33,254 nucleotides of DNA from Octopus bimaculoides (taxonomy: Eukaryota): contig NC_068989.1 of NCBI RefSeq assembly GCF_001194135.2, positions 71,826,203 to 71,859,456 on the forward strand, read 5' to 3'. Below are positions 10,795 through 21,311 of this stretch, piece by piece. A program made the position numbers and the translations under genes. Each line of letters begins with the position of its first letter. Position 1 is the stretch's first letter. The notes below the pieces were generated by a model. It did no database searches. It was given only the letters and a program-made list of their open reading frames with translations, and was not told the origin of the DNA.

Positions 10795-11398
10795 TGTGTC
10801 TGTGTTTGTCCCCCTTCATCACTTGACAACCGATGTTGGTGTGTTTATGTCCCTGTAACTTAGTGGTTCAGCAAAAAAGACCGATAGAATAAGTACTAGT
10901 CTTACAAAGAGTAAGTCCTGGGGTTGATTAGTTCGACTAAAGGCGGTGCTCCAGCATGGCTGCAGTCAAATGACTGAAACAAGTAAAGGAGTAAAAGTGT
11001 AAATAGGCACAAGGCCCGAAATTTGGGTAGGGGAGATCTAGTTGATTACATCAGCCCCAGTATTCAACTAGCAATTATATCATTGACCGCAGGGCATGGC
11101 AGAATTTGAACTCAGAACAAAAAGACAAAGGAAATGTTGTTAAGCGAAATGTCGTCCAGCATGCAAACGATAATTACAGGATTAATAGTAATTCTTTCTA
11201 ATAACTGCAAGGCCTGAAATTCTAGTGTGAGGGGAAAAGTTAATTATATTGAACCCCCACCTCCCATAGTGCTTGACTAGTACTCTATTTTATTGATAAC
11301 AGAAGGATGAAAGGTAAAACTGACCTCAGCAGGATTTGAACTTAGAACACGAAGCAAGACAAGATGCATGTCACTAAGCATTTTGTTTGGTATACTAA
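10795..11398. mobile_element. SINE cluster: family A 3' half (+, 10795-10995) and two family B copies (-, 11000-11165 and 11195-11398)
   Basis: Direct sequence matches to the families defined above. Confidence 0.8.
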
Positions 11399-11407
11399 CA
11401 ATAATAA

Positions 11408-12211
11408 CATAAATATAACAATAATAATAATAGACTAAGAAATACGATTAAATGTAATTCTTTTAATGATAATAAATCTAATAATATAAATAATAAGAAA
11501 AAAATCTGGTTAATAATTCCAAATGGAGACCAAGTTAAAAGAAACATTATTCAAGAGATTTTAAATATAATTGAAATATTCATTAAAAACAATAAATAAT
11601 ATAATGACATCTTTTCTAGTAATAATTTTGGAGTTGGTTATTCTACTACTAATAATGTTGGTAACATTATCTCATCCTTTAATAAATTTAAATTGAATAA
11701 GTTTTACAGTAACAAATCAATTAATGCTTCCAATATTAATGATAATAGTGACCAGAATATTATTAATTGTACATGTAGAGATAAAACTAAATGTAAATTT
11801 AATAATAAATGTAATTTGGAGGATGTAGTATATAAATGTGTGGTGACATTGAATGATGATAATGATAGGAATGGTTATAATTTAAATACTATTTACATAG
11901 GGTCGACTTCTAATAAAATTAAGTTACGGGTGGCTCAACACATGAATTCTTTTAAGAATAGAAATTTAATTAATTCTACTGGCCTTAGTAAATATATATG
12001 GGAACTAAAATCTAAAAGCATTAAGTACAATTCAAATTGGGAGATAATTTGTAAGGCAAAATCTTATCGAATAGGTAGTAAGTTTTGTTTATTATGTACT
12101 AATGAATTTAAAGAGATATTATTAATAATAAAAAATTAATAAATTCTCTAGATGAACATAAAATTAAATGTAGACATAAGTTAAATTATTTATATAATAA
12201 GTTTAGATAAT
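11408..12211 (+). pseudogene. Penelope-like element remnant: RT-EN linker plus GIY-YIG endonuclease (5'-truncated, no RT)
   Basis: One frame reads KKIWLIIPNGDQVKRNIIQEILNIIEIF..*..IFSSNNFGVGYSTTNNVGNIISSFNK..NCTCRDKTKCKFNNKCNLEDVVYKCVV..IYIGST..KLRVAQHMNSF..GLSKYIWELK..WEII.KAKSY..CLLC. After a frameshift near 12135 it continues NSLDEHKIKCRHKL. In-frame TAA at 11597-11599. This motif order is typical of PLE C-termini. Confidence 0.85.
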
Positions 12212-12721
12212 GTGTTTATATAAACCCTATTTCACGTTACTAATTGTGGTAGTTACAATTCGTAGTAGTTAAATACATATAATTAACATGAGATTAGTTA
12301 GAGGACAATGCATAATTGGAATAAATTTAACTATGCTGTTTATTAATAAATAAGTTAATGAAAATATATTAATTTATAAAAACTTAGCATTATTTACGTA
12401 CTTTATATATTTTTTACGTATTTTAGTTTTAGATTATTTAGACTTTAAAAATAACCCGACTGTAATATTTTCCAGTAAATGGTATACTACAGGTCGGTTT
12501 AATTATTCTAAAATACATTTTGTCATTTTACTAAATTAAATACGTACTTCTCTCTACTTTTAGTGATGTCATATTTGTCACATGGTATATTTCTTATAAA
12601 TACTAAATTCTACGCATTATGTTTAAAATTTTAGTTCACAGAAATTCGTCGATATGTCACTGTATTGTTTAGGAACCTCTGTTTTGGTGGGTTGTCACCT
12701 TTTTTATAAAGTATCGAGTCT

Positions 12722-12936
12722 AAGGTGGCAAACTGGCAGAATCGTTAGCATGTCGAGCAAAATGCTTAGTAGTACTTCGCCTGTCTTTAGGTTTTGAGTT
12801 CAAATTCTGTTGAGGTGAACTTTGCCTTTCATCCATTCGGGGTCGATAAATCAAGTACCAGTTGAGTACTGGGGTTGATGTGATCGACTGTCCCCCTCCC
12901 CACAAAATCTAGGCCTTGTGCCTATAGTAGAAATGA
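12722..12936 (+). mobile_element. Family B SINE with 18-bp target-site duplication
   Basis: TTATAAAGTATCGAGTCT (12704-12721) vs TTATAAAGTATCAAGTCT (12937-12954). Confidence 0.92.
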
Positions 12937-13369
12937 TTATAAAGTATCAAGTCTGTCAGTCAGTCTGGGCTCATCCTTCCTTGTCTTTAGTAAAGACAAT
13001 ATGAATTAAATGACTCATTAGGAAGTAAAACATGTGGCTTATTGCTGATCAACAGCTGCACCAATACACACCATACATTTGAAAGTTTGATCCTTATAAG
13101 GTTATGACATGATAGCTTATCCTAAAAACAAAAAAAAATCCTATAACTGATAACTCCACATAAGTAAAAAGTGACAGATGCTGAAAACTCACTGAGAAGG
13201 TTACAGATGTATAACAGAAAACTTTTACAGATCAATTATTTAAAGAAGTGAATTTCTACCAGTGTGTGTACATTCATTGGCAGAATGACCTTTCACAGAT
13301 TTGTAAGGAAAAGCTGTAATCAATTGAAATGACCAAAGTATATACCTGTCAACACCACTATACCAGTCT

Positions 13370-13570
13370 GCAACATAGTCACATGGTCTTCTAGAAACAG
13401 CAACCAAATCTACCTCAAACCTGATTCTGCCATTAAAAAGAAAACAAAAACCCAAACATATTGGATAATTCCAAGCTTGTAATGCTGTATTTGAATAAAA
13501 GAGGTGATGGTCATGGTTGGATGACATTTCTTCAACAATCTACTCAGCCAAGGCTGACATAGAATTAAAA
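13370..13570 (+). mobile_element. Family E repeat
   Basis: CTAGAAACAGCAACCAAATCTACCTCAAA..CATATTGGATAAT..GATGGTCATGGTTGGA..GGCTGACATAGAATTAAAACAA. Confidence 0.7.
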
Positions 13571-13601
13571 CAATTTCATTACTAATTATCATAGTATTTA
13601 T

Positions 13602-14175
13602 GAAGGCACATGGCTTAGTGGTTAGGGTATTTGACTCCTGATCATAAGGTTGTGAGTTCGATTCTCAGCAGTGCATTTTGTCCTTGAGCAAGACACTTTA
13701 TTTTACATTGCTCCAGTCAACTCAGCTGGCAAAAACAAGTTGTACCTGTAATTCAAAAGGGCCAGCCTTGTCACATTTAGTGTTGCACCAAATCTCCCTG
13801 TGGAGTGCTCAGCTACTTGTACATTAATTTCATGAGCATGCTATTCCATTGATCCCTTTGGTCATGGATGACCATGAGATTGCACCTAGAAAATTCCCCT
13901 CCATGGCACAAGTCTGGGCAAGGTTGTTTATGGAAGACCAGCAGTTGTCCATGCATACCAGTTTCCCTTCTCCATGTCACCAATGTTATCCAAGGGAAAG
14001 GCAAAAGCTGATACAGCCTGGCACCAGTGACATCGTAACTCATTTCTACAGCTGAGTGAACTGGAGCAACGTGAAAAAGTAGTGTCTTGTTCAAGAACAC
14101 CACACACAGCCCAGTCCAGGAATCAAACTCACTACCTTGTGATTGTGAGCTTGATGCTCTGACTACTGAGCCATG
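13602..14175. mobile_element. Tail-to-tail SINE pair: family C-related (+, 13602-13850) and family F (-, 13851-14175), sharing a tRNA head
   Basis: Head CATGGCTTAGTGGTTAGGG..GTCCTTGAGCAAGACACTTTATTTTACATTGCTCCAGTCAACTCAGCTG is present in reverse at 14045-14175. Confidence 0.85.
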
Positions 14176-14562
14176 GATCACCTGGAACACTTGTCATTGT
14201 AACTGACAGATTGCCAGTTTTATTGTAATAGTAAATAAAATGTCTTGGTTTATGATCAAGTGTGCTAATATCTAATTTACTATTAATTATTGATCAAAAG
14301 TTGTTTTAAAAAATAGATATAGTATATGTGTTGTGGATCTATTTCTGATTAGTACCAAGAACAGCACCAAAGCTGATTCCAGGAAAATTTGAACTCAAAA
14401 CAGAAAAAGACAAAGGCCACGAAATAAAGAAGTTTTCTTCATAACTTTTCAGACAAGTGTTTTATACTTAAAGCTCCTTGGGTTGACTAAACTCTTGAGA
14501 ACAATACATATAGATATACACATGCACAAACACACATATGTATATACACATACACACATGTA

Positions 14563-14745
14563 TATCATCATCATCATTTAACGTCTGTTTTCCATGTTGG
14601 CATGGGTTGGAGAGTTTGACAGGAGCTGACCAGCTGAAGCACTGTTCAGGCTCCCTGTCTGTTTTGGCATGGTTTCTATGGCTGGATGCCCTACCTAACA
14701 CTAACCACTTTACAGAGTGTACTGGGTGCTTTTATACAGCAGTGA
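14563..14745 (-). mobile_element. Second copy of the RTE-like tail repeat
   Basis: Same CATCATCATTTAACGTC..GGATGCCCTACCTAAC blocks; minus-strand pseudo-ORF ends SNPCQHGKQTLNDDDD. Confidence 0.6.
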
Positions 14746-14814
14746 TGAGAGGGGCTATAAGAGCCTTGTGGTACAGAGGAAAGATCTCCAGTACAAGAGG
14801 AGGGGTCTCCAGTA

Positions 14815-15060
14815 CTGAGGTCAATCTAACTGACTGGCCTCTTCCCCCAAAATTTCGGGCCTTGTGCCTAGAGTAGAAAAGAATTGTTAACACACCAGGC
14901 AAAATGCTTAGTGGCATTTCATCCAGTTTTACACCCAGAGTTCAAATACTAGTGAGGTCAACTTTACCTTTCATCCTGTCAGGGTTGATGTCATCAACTA
15001 GCCCAGCTGCCCCTTAAAAAGTTTCATACCTTATGCCTATAGTAGAAAAGATTATTATTA
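14815..15060 (+). mobile_element. Family B SINE fragments
   Basis: CAAAATTTCGGGCCTTGTGCCTAGAGTAGAA and CACCAGGCAAAATGCTTAGTGGCATTTC..GCCTATAGTAGAAAAGATTATT. Confidence 0.8.
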
Positions 15061-15064
15061 TATA

Positions 15065-15503
15065 CAGGTTGTCATTGACTTACGACCACAATTGGTTCTG
15101 ATTGACTGGTTGTAAGTCGATTTGGTTGTAAGTCGGTTTTATAGGCCTACATATTTTTACATTCTTGGGGTACATTCTCAGGTAAAAGTCACACACAGCA
15201 TTCTGTATTATACTGGTGTTAGTCAAAAACTTCGGAGTCTCAAGCAGTCATCTTATAAACAAATATGAGGTTGTCTCAATGTCTCTGCGACAGAATAGTC
15301 ATCCAACACAGTGGTGATAGATAACCAAACCTAGGGGAAGCATTTGTTAGCTGACATTATCCATAGATAGATTAATTTCTAAGAAATTTTAACCCATTAG
15401 ATTTCAACTGGACTATTTATTATTGCTGCTGGGAGCTGGCATGCCAATCGTCATAAAGGCGATCGGTTCTAAGTCAGATAGGTCATAAGTTGACGACGAC
15501 CTG
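15065..15503. mobile_element. pogo/Tigger-type MITE
   Basis: TA|CAGGTTGTCATTGACTTACGACC ... GGTCATAAGTTGACGACGACCTG|TA imperfect TIRs of Tigger type with TA TSD. Confidence 0.8.
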
Positions 15504-15893
15504 TATATCTATTGATTAAGTATGAGTATATATACATATTTTCATACATTGTATATATTATTATAATGATGATGCCTTTGGTGTCAAAATTACATTGATA
15601 TCTGTCAGGCGGCTGATGAGGGTACTTCCCTGGTTGTGTTAAACTGGATTTCTTTCTGTCATTATGTCTAAGCTTGTTTCTTAAAGCCCAGTAGTTTTTT
15701 TTTTTTCCTGATTTTTGCTTTGATATGCTCAACTAAAATAATATATATTTAAGCTCATTGTCATTTCTGTAGAGTTGATGCTAGTGTCAGATGTAATTTT
15801 ATTAGTATGGTTTGTAAATAATTATAATGTAACAAGGTCAACTTGCAGATATAAAGTGAATAAAGAAGCTTTTAGAATTAGGTATATATCTAA

Positions 15894-16108
15894 GGTGGCG
15901 AGCTGGTAGAATCATTAGTGTGCTAGACAAAATGCTTAGTGGCATTTCACCCATCTTAACATTCTAAGTTCAAATTCCTCTCAGGTCAACTCTGCCTTTC
16001 ATCCTTTCAGGATTGCTAAAATAAGCACCAGTCAAGCACTGGGGTTGATGTAATTGACTAGCCCCTGCCACAAAATTTTAGACCTTGTGCCTATAGTAGA
16101 AAGGATTG
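15894..16108 (+). mobile_element. Family B SINE (CpG-decayed)
   Basis: GGTGGCGAGCTGGTAGAATCATTAG...CCTTGTGCCTATAGTAGAAAGGATTG. Confidence 0.88.
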
Positions 16109-16125
16109 TTTATATATAATTTAGA

Positions 16126-16181
<56 letters not shown>

Positions 16182-16363
16182 GAGTGTGTGTGTGTGTTAT
16201 TAATGTATAATTTTGATTATGTTGAGATCATCATATAGTAACTTAATTACATTATCATTACATATATTGTATCATTTTTATTACATGTGTTATTATTACA
16301 ATTATGTTACACATATTATAATTATATTATTCTTCTAAAGTGTATAATTATTGTGTGTGTGTG

Positions 16364-16394
<31 letters not shown>

Positions 16395-16435
16395 TATGCG
16401 TATATTATTTTTTATATATACACTTTCACCATATC

Positions 16436-16479
<44 letters not shown>

Positions 16480-16779
16480 ATATGTGTTTTGTAAACGTAT
16501 AGATACACGCACGCATACATACTACATTGTATTAATTTCGAAAATGCTTAAAAATTGTTGAGAATTCGCAAAATATCTAAATTTACCATTTTGCGGTATG
16601 TGATACAGGTATTAAAAAGAAAAAAGATATAAACAAGGAGACTTGGAATAAATTCTTACATTAAATTTATACCATGCAGTTTCATAACTATATATCCAAG
16701 TGTAAATAATTAAGTACATTGTCCATTTAGGGTGATAGCACTTTCAGAGCCGCTTGCTCGACAATTTGGAGTCAACGAC

Positions 16780-17692
16780 AGTGCATATAGGTAGTCGCAG
16801 CTATTGCTAGAAATATCATCCGATAAATCTGCCGCAAATTACACCCTACCTTGTTATATAAAAAGGAAAAGGATGCGGGCGAAAAACACGTTAAGTAATT
16901 TGGTTTTGCAGTTTTAGATACCCTTTAAATATACGGGATTGTCGCAACTGGAATGGCTTTGATCATAAAATACGTTCGATCTTAGTTGACATGGTGTTTA
17001 ACAACAGAAGCAACTCGGTCCCGTCAAGGTAGAGAAGGGATCAGAAACTTTAGCAATAATATTGATTCTTCTCCTTTCTTGTCATTAAAAGGGAACAGCG
17101 TGCAAGCAGCTGACTATTGTCAGGCAGGCGGCAGAAACGCTGCATAATTTGTCATGTGTATTCCGTCGTTGTCGGCGAAGTGGTGATGCTTCATTGAAAA
17201 GCCATCACAAACCGGCTTGGAGGCAAAAATCTCAGATCAGACAAGCAGGAAGAAGAATAAGAAGTGGTGCATCAAAAACACATCAGAAAGCAGTATGATG
17301 GTGGAGGTAATGAAAATGTTAGTACCTCCATGCTGGAACAACCAGACTGACGGACAACAAACCGCTAGAAAAATGCGAAATTCGAACAGTAAAACATCGC
17401 TGAACAAGCTGTGTTGAAGTGAGAAGGAATCATGCCAATCTTGAAACAGGAATAAATATATTGGAACCATTCCAGTCACACTTTGTTCTATAACCACCGA
17501 TGCGTTCGCTTACTCGAACCACTAAAAATAGCAGCAAAATCTTCCTCAAATTGTCCGTTAGTTTATGTAACTGTTTATTTCTTTTAAGGAAATTGTATAA
17601 TGTAATCCTAGATATACTGTGTCTGCAAAGAAGATAATACCATTAACGCTGGTGTCTTTATGGGTGACTGCTCGATCGGGCACCGACCTGCA
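16780..17692 (+). mobile_element. Two family E repeats (16780-17015 and 17505-17692) flanking a unique segment
   Basis: GCTAGAAATATCATCC..GGAATGGCTTTGATCATAA and CTAAAAATAGCAGCAAAATCTTCCTCAAA..CTGCTCGATCGGGCACCGACCTG. Confidence 0.6.
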
Positions 17693-18254
17693 GTGTAAGA
17701 GCACACGATTATGTACGCACGATCTGAAGATTTTAACATTGTTGTTTACAGCAGAAACCAACAGAAATGAAGATAGGGGATAATTTTAACAATGACCGAA
17801 AATATCAACGATAGAAAATATCATCATTAGTGTTGGTTGCTTAGAAGAATTATATAACAAGAATAGAAGCAGCAGCAATAGTATCGGTGGTAGTAATAGT
17901 GGTGGTAAGATGGTAATTGTGATGTCGGTTAGAGAGAACGTGTCGCAAATTCGTCATTTTTATTAAAACCAAGAATGTTTATTATAAACTGCACACACGT
18001 ACGCGCACGCACACACACACACACACCACGTGAGAAAGAGAGAGAGTAAAACGTGTGCGAGATGTGTAATATGCACGAACACATGAATACCCATTCAAAT
18101 ATGCAAATATATGTGTGCATGAATGTAAGTGCAGATTGCGTGTATGTATGAGAGAATGTGTATAGATGCGTGCGCTTATCGTAGCATGGGAAACAAGTAT
18201 ATATAAAAAATTATGATTATTATTATTACTAAATTGTTAGAACTTCGTTACTTT

Positions 18255-18817
18255 AGGGCAAATTATTCACAGATAATTATATTCATTTATCTTTCGCAAT
18301 AATACAAGGCTACTACAAACCTTTATTATAGAGTTTCTACTAAGCCTTTTAAATTACCTTGCTCCTAAACTTAATTAGTGCGCGCATAATTATAAATAAA
18401 GTGTTAAATATTAAATTTGAATGTGTGTACGAAAGTGGTGATTTCTTAAAATATACATACAAATATTAATAATGAAAATAATTCTGTTTAATTTTTGGTA
18501 TAAAGCTAGCAATTTTGCGGGAGTGGGGCAAGTCGCTTACCTCAGTCACATTACTTGACCAGCAATTATTTTATCGACCACGAAAGGATGAAAGGCGAAG
18601 TTGACTTCGGTAAAATTTGAACTCAGAACGTAAAGAGCCAAAAGCTAGCAATAAAGCTCGTCGTCTGAATAACGATAATAATGATTCTACTATAGGCACA
18701 AGGCCTGAAATTTTGTGGGCAGGGGTCTAGTCCATTACATCGACTCCAGTGCTCAACTGGTACTTATTTTATCGACCTCGAAAGGATGAAAGGCATAATC
18801 GACCTCGGAGGAATTTG
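18255..18817 (+). repeat. Local direct duplication, copy 1 (contains two reverse family B fragments)
   Basis: Colinear with 21312-22185 over unique and SINE sequence. Confidence 0.85.
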
Positions 18818-19346
18818 AATAATAATAATAATAATAATCTTCTAAAAGAACACTGAAGACGTGATGCTCACATCGTGTTGCAGCGAAGAATCGAAACTGG
18901 GTCATCTGACACTAAAAATGTGTACTTGCAGTAAACAATGCATTATATAAACATACATAAACACGCATACAGTATACATACACGTATATACTTATATAAA
19001 CAAGCGTATTTGGAAGGTTGAAGGTGCGGATAGATAGATAGAAAAATTATTCCGAAATATGCAAACATGCACAGTAAATTTAAGGATACAGAAATGAAAT
19101 AAACATAATTGTAAATACGACTGAACGCTTTCTACACATATTTTTATGTATGTGTATAAATATATACGTAGATGTATGTGTACATGTGTGTACAAGTAAA
19201 ACCTGAAACGCAACCCACTGTTTATACAGATAGAGAAAAAAGTAACACATCATGTGTTTTTCGCGAAATTAGCTTGCGCTTCTTAATTTATCGTTTCCCG
19301 TTAGGAACCTCATCAGTACTAAGCTACAGCATTATATATATATACA

Positions 19347-19424
<78 letters not shown>

Positions 19425-19459
19425 AATATGTATGTATTGAAAAGAAAGGTCACGTTTAC

Positions 19460-19534
19460 CTTAATCAAATGATATATTTGTTCGCAGTCGGAGCTCCTGC
19501 CCTCCCGGACCGTAAATTTCCGTGTGGTAGCCAT
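19460..19534 (-). CDS. SAT: First recognisable coding exon of a diamine acetyltransferase (spermidine/spermine N1-acetyltransferase, SAT1/SAT2-like GNAT)
   Basis: Translates to [25 protein letters not shown], which resembles human SAT1 [22 protein letters not shown] and SAT2 [22 protein letters not shown]. It ends in AAG|GTAAAC, a phase-0 donor at the position of SAT1 intron 1. Acceptor ttcgtcgtcttgtttccacag|T ATG sits 1 nt upstream (exon 19460-19535). SAT1 vs SAT2 cannot be resolved. Confidence 0.8.
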
Positions 19535-19599
19535 ACTGTGGAAACAAGACGACGAATTGTAATATTTTTTCTCAGAGAACTTCTATGTCAAGCGTATTT

Positions 19600-20160
19600 A
19601 TACAACTATTTCTTTCTTTCTTTCGCCTTTTCCTTCTTTCTCCTTCCTTCACTTCCTCTATCTCTCTATCTTTTCTCTTACTCCTCTCGCTCACTCCCTA
19701 ACTCTTTACCTTTCCCTCCAGCTCTTTCTCTACCAAATCTTTCTACTTTTCGTTTCCAATTCCTCCTCTTTCTCTCCCTGTCTGTTACCCCCTACTCTTC
19801 CTTCTCTTTATTCCTTCCTCTCCCGATCTCCCCTTTTCTTATTTCCTCTGCCTTTTTCCTCTCTTGCTCTCAAGCCCTTCACTTTTCCTTCACTTCATAT
19901 ATATCTCGTTGCCTTCCCTTTTTACTCACTCAATCTCTCATTCTTATTATTTTCGTTACCCCTCTCTCATTTTATCTTTCTTATTCCCCCTTAAATCTCT
20001 TCTTTCTTTTCTACCTACTTACTTATCGCTCTATTTTCTTCTCTGTCTCAAGCTTTCTGTCACAATCACTATCGTTATCTCTCCCTTCTTTTCGACTGTC
20101 TTTTACTCATTTAACTAAATTCTCCTGTCATCATTTCTCTCAGAGGCATGATCCTCTTTC
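19600..20160. repeat. ~560-bp polypyrimidine/polypurine (CT-rich) tract
   Basis: Plus strand is almost entirely C/T, directly upstream of the SAT exon. Confidence 0.9.
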
Positions 20161-21054
20161 CGTTTGCGATTTTTCAATATTTGAAAACGAACCAAAATGA
20201 GAAAATTTCACAAAACCGGGCCAGGGTCATGTGCTATATTTAATGACCCCCATAATAATTTCAGCTGCTTTCTTCTTCTTCTTCTTCCATTTTATTTCTC
20301 TGTTGTTTATTTCTATGTTCGTTATCTATCTATCTATCTAGCTAGCTAGCTAGCTATCTGCCTGTCTGTCTGTCTGTTGCCTGTCTGTCTATTTCTCTTT
20401 TTATTTTCGTCTACGTCTATTATAAACATCGCATTTATGTACACATACATACATGCGTACATACATACATATTTTTTTTATATAAATACACGCGCGCACA
20501 CAAGCACGTAACACACATGCATACACATAAATACACACGTCTGTACAAGTACATGGGGGAGGGTCTTTGGTGTTGCGGTTTTCTTCATTATACACAAAAG
20601 TGCTCTTTTAAGTCGAAATTCAAAGGCATATTTATATATCTAATTGAATACACATTACCAGCACTTATTTTTCAGCTGCTGGTCCCGCTAAAATCAATAT
20701 TGTAAAAAGTTCGACTCGATGCAGTGATCAATATTCAAAAAAAAACCCCTAAAATTTATAATATTTTTTTTGTCTTTCTAAAGTAGTAAATAAATAATTC
20801 ATTAAACGATATGTCATAAACCTTTGCTTTTTAAATATAATTGTTTAAACAATAACATTTTGATCGAAAATGTATAAATATATCTGTAAATTAATTATAA
20901 AATGATGCAGTTTTTTTCTTTTTTTTTTACCCCCGAAGTTCGATGATATCGGCAAATACCTTCGGCTTCGGAAACATGTTTCACTCCTTCAACCTTCGCT
21001 CATCCTTCAACACACTTCTCATTGTTTCTATGTTTCTAATCATTATTATCACAC

Positions 21055-21310
21055 AAAATTCCCGCCGAGGTCAACTTTGTCTTTCATCCTTCAAGGGTCG
21101 ATATGGTAAAATACCAGTATAGTAGTACTGAGGTCAATCGTATCGATTAACCTACCTCTTTCCTCTGCTTGGCCTTATGCCAAAATTTGGAACTATTAGT
21201 GTCAAAAGAAAGATGTATGGATTAAGCAAGACCGTTTGAGCGTCGGACAAATTTATCATACGGTAGTATGCGTTTTATGGTTCTTAACGTTCTGCGTTCA
21301 AATTCCTACG
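21055..21310 (+). mobile_element. Family B SINE fragments
   Basis: AAATTCCCGCCGAGGTCAACTTTGTCTTTCATCC..GGCCTTATGCCAAAATTTG and CGTTCTGCGTTCAAATTCC. Confidence 0.75.
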
Positions 21311-21311
21311 A

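Noticed and set aside
11597-11599. In-frame stop in the Penelope-like ORF as possible selenocysteine recoding (as in Naiad PLEs)
   Set aside because: The codon is TAA, not TGA, and the ORF also has a frameshift.
13346-13426. 81-nt minus-strand exon-like segment (IRFEVDLVAVSRRPCDYVADWYSGVDR) with good splice signals
   Set aside because: Overlaps a family E repeat; no SAT or other homology recognised.
5050-17692. Apparent plus-strand bias of family E repeats
   Set aside because: Few independent copies and at least one reversed fragment (~4920-4960); not significant.
18850-18910. CTGAAGA...GAAACTGGGTC hammerhead-like string
   Set aside because: No stem I complementarity and no proper stem II; at most a decayed relic.
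19285-19320. CTGATGA...GAAAC on the minus strand resembling a hammerhead
   Set aside because: Stem II closure and stem I do not pair.
19172-20200. 342-aa plus-strand ORF
   Set aside because: Stop-free because of (TA)n and the CT tract; it is antisense to the real SAT exon.
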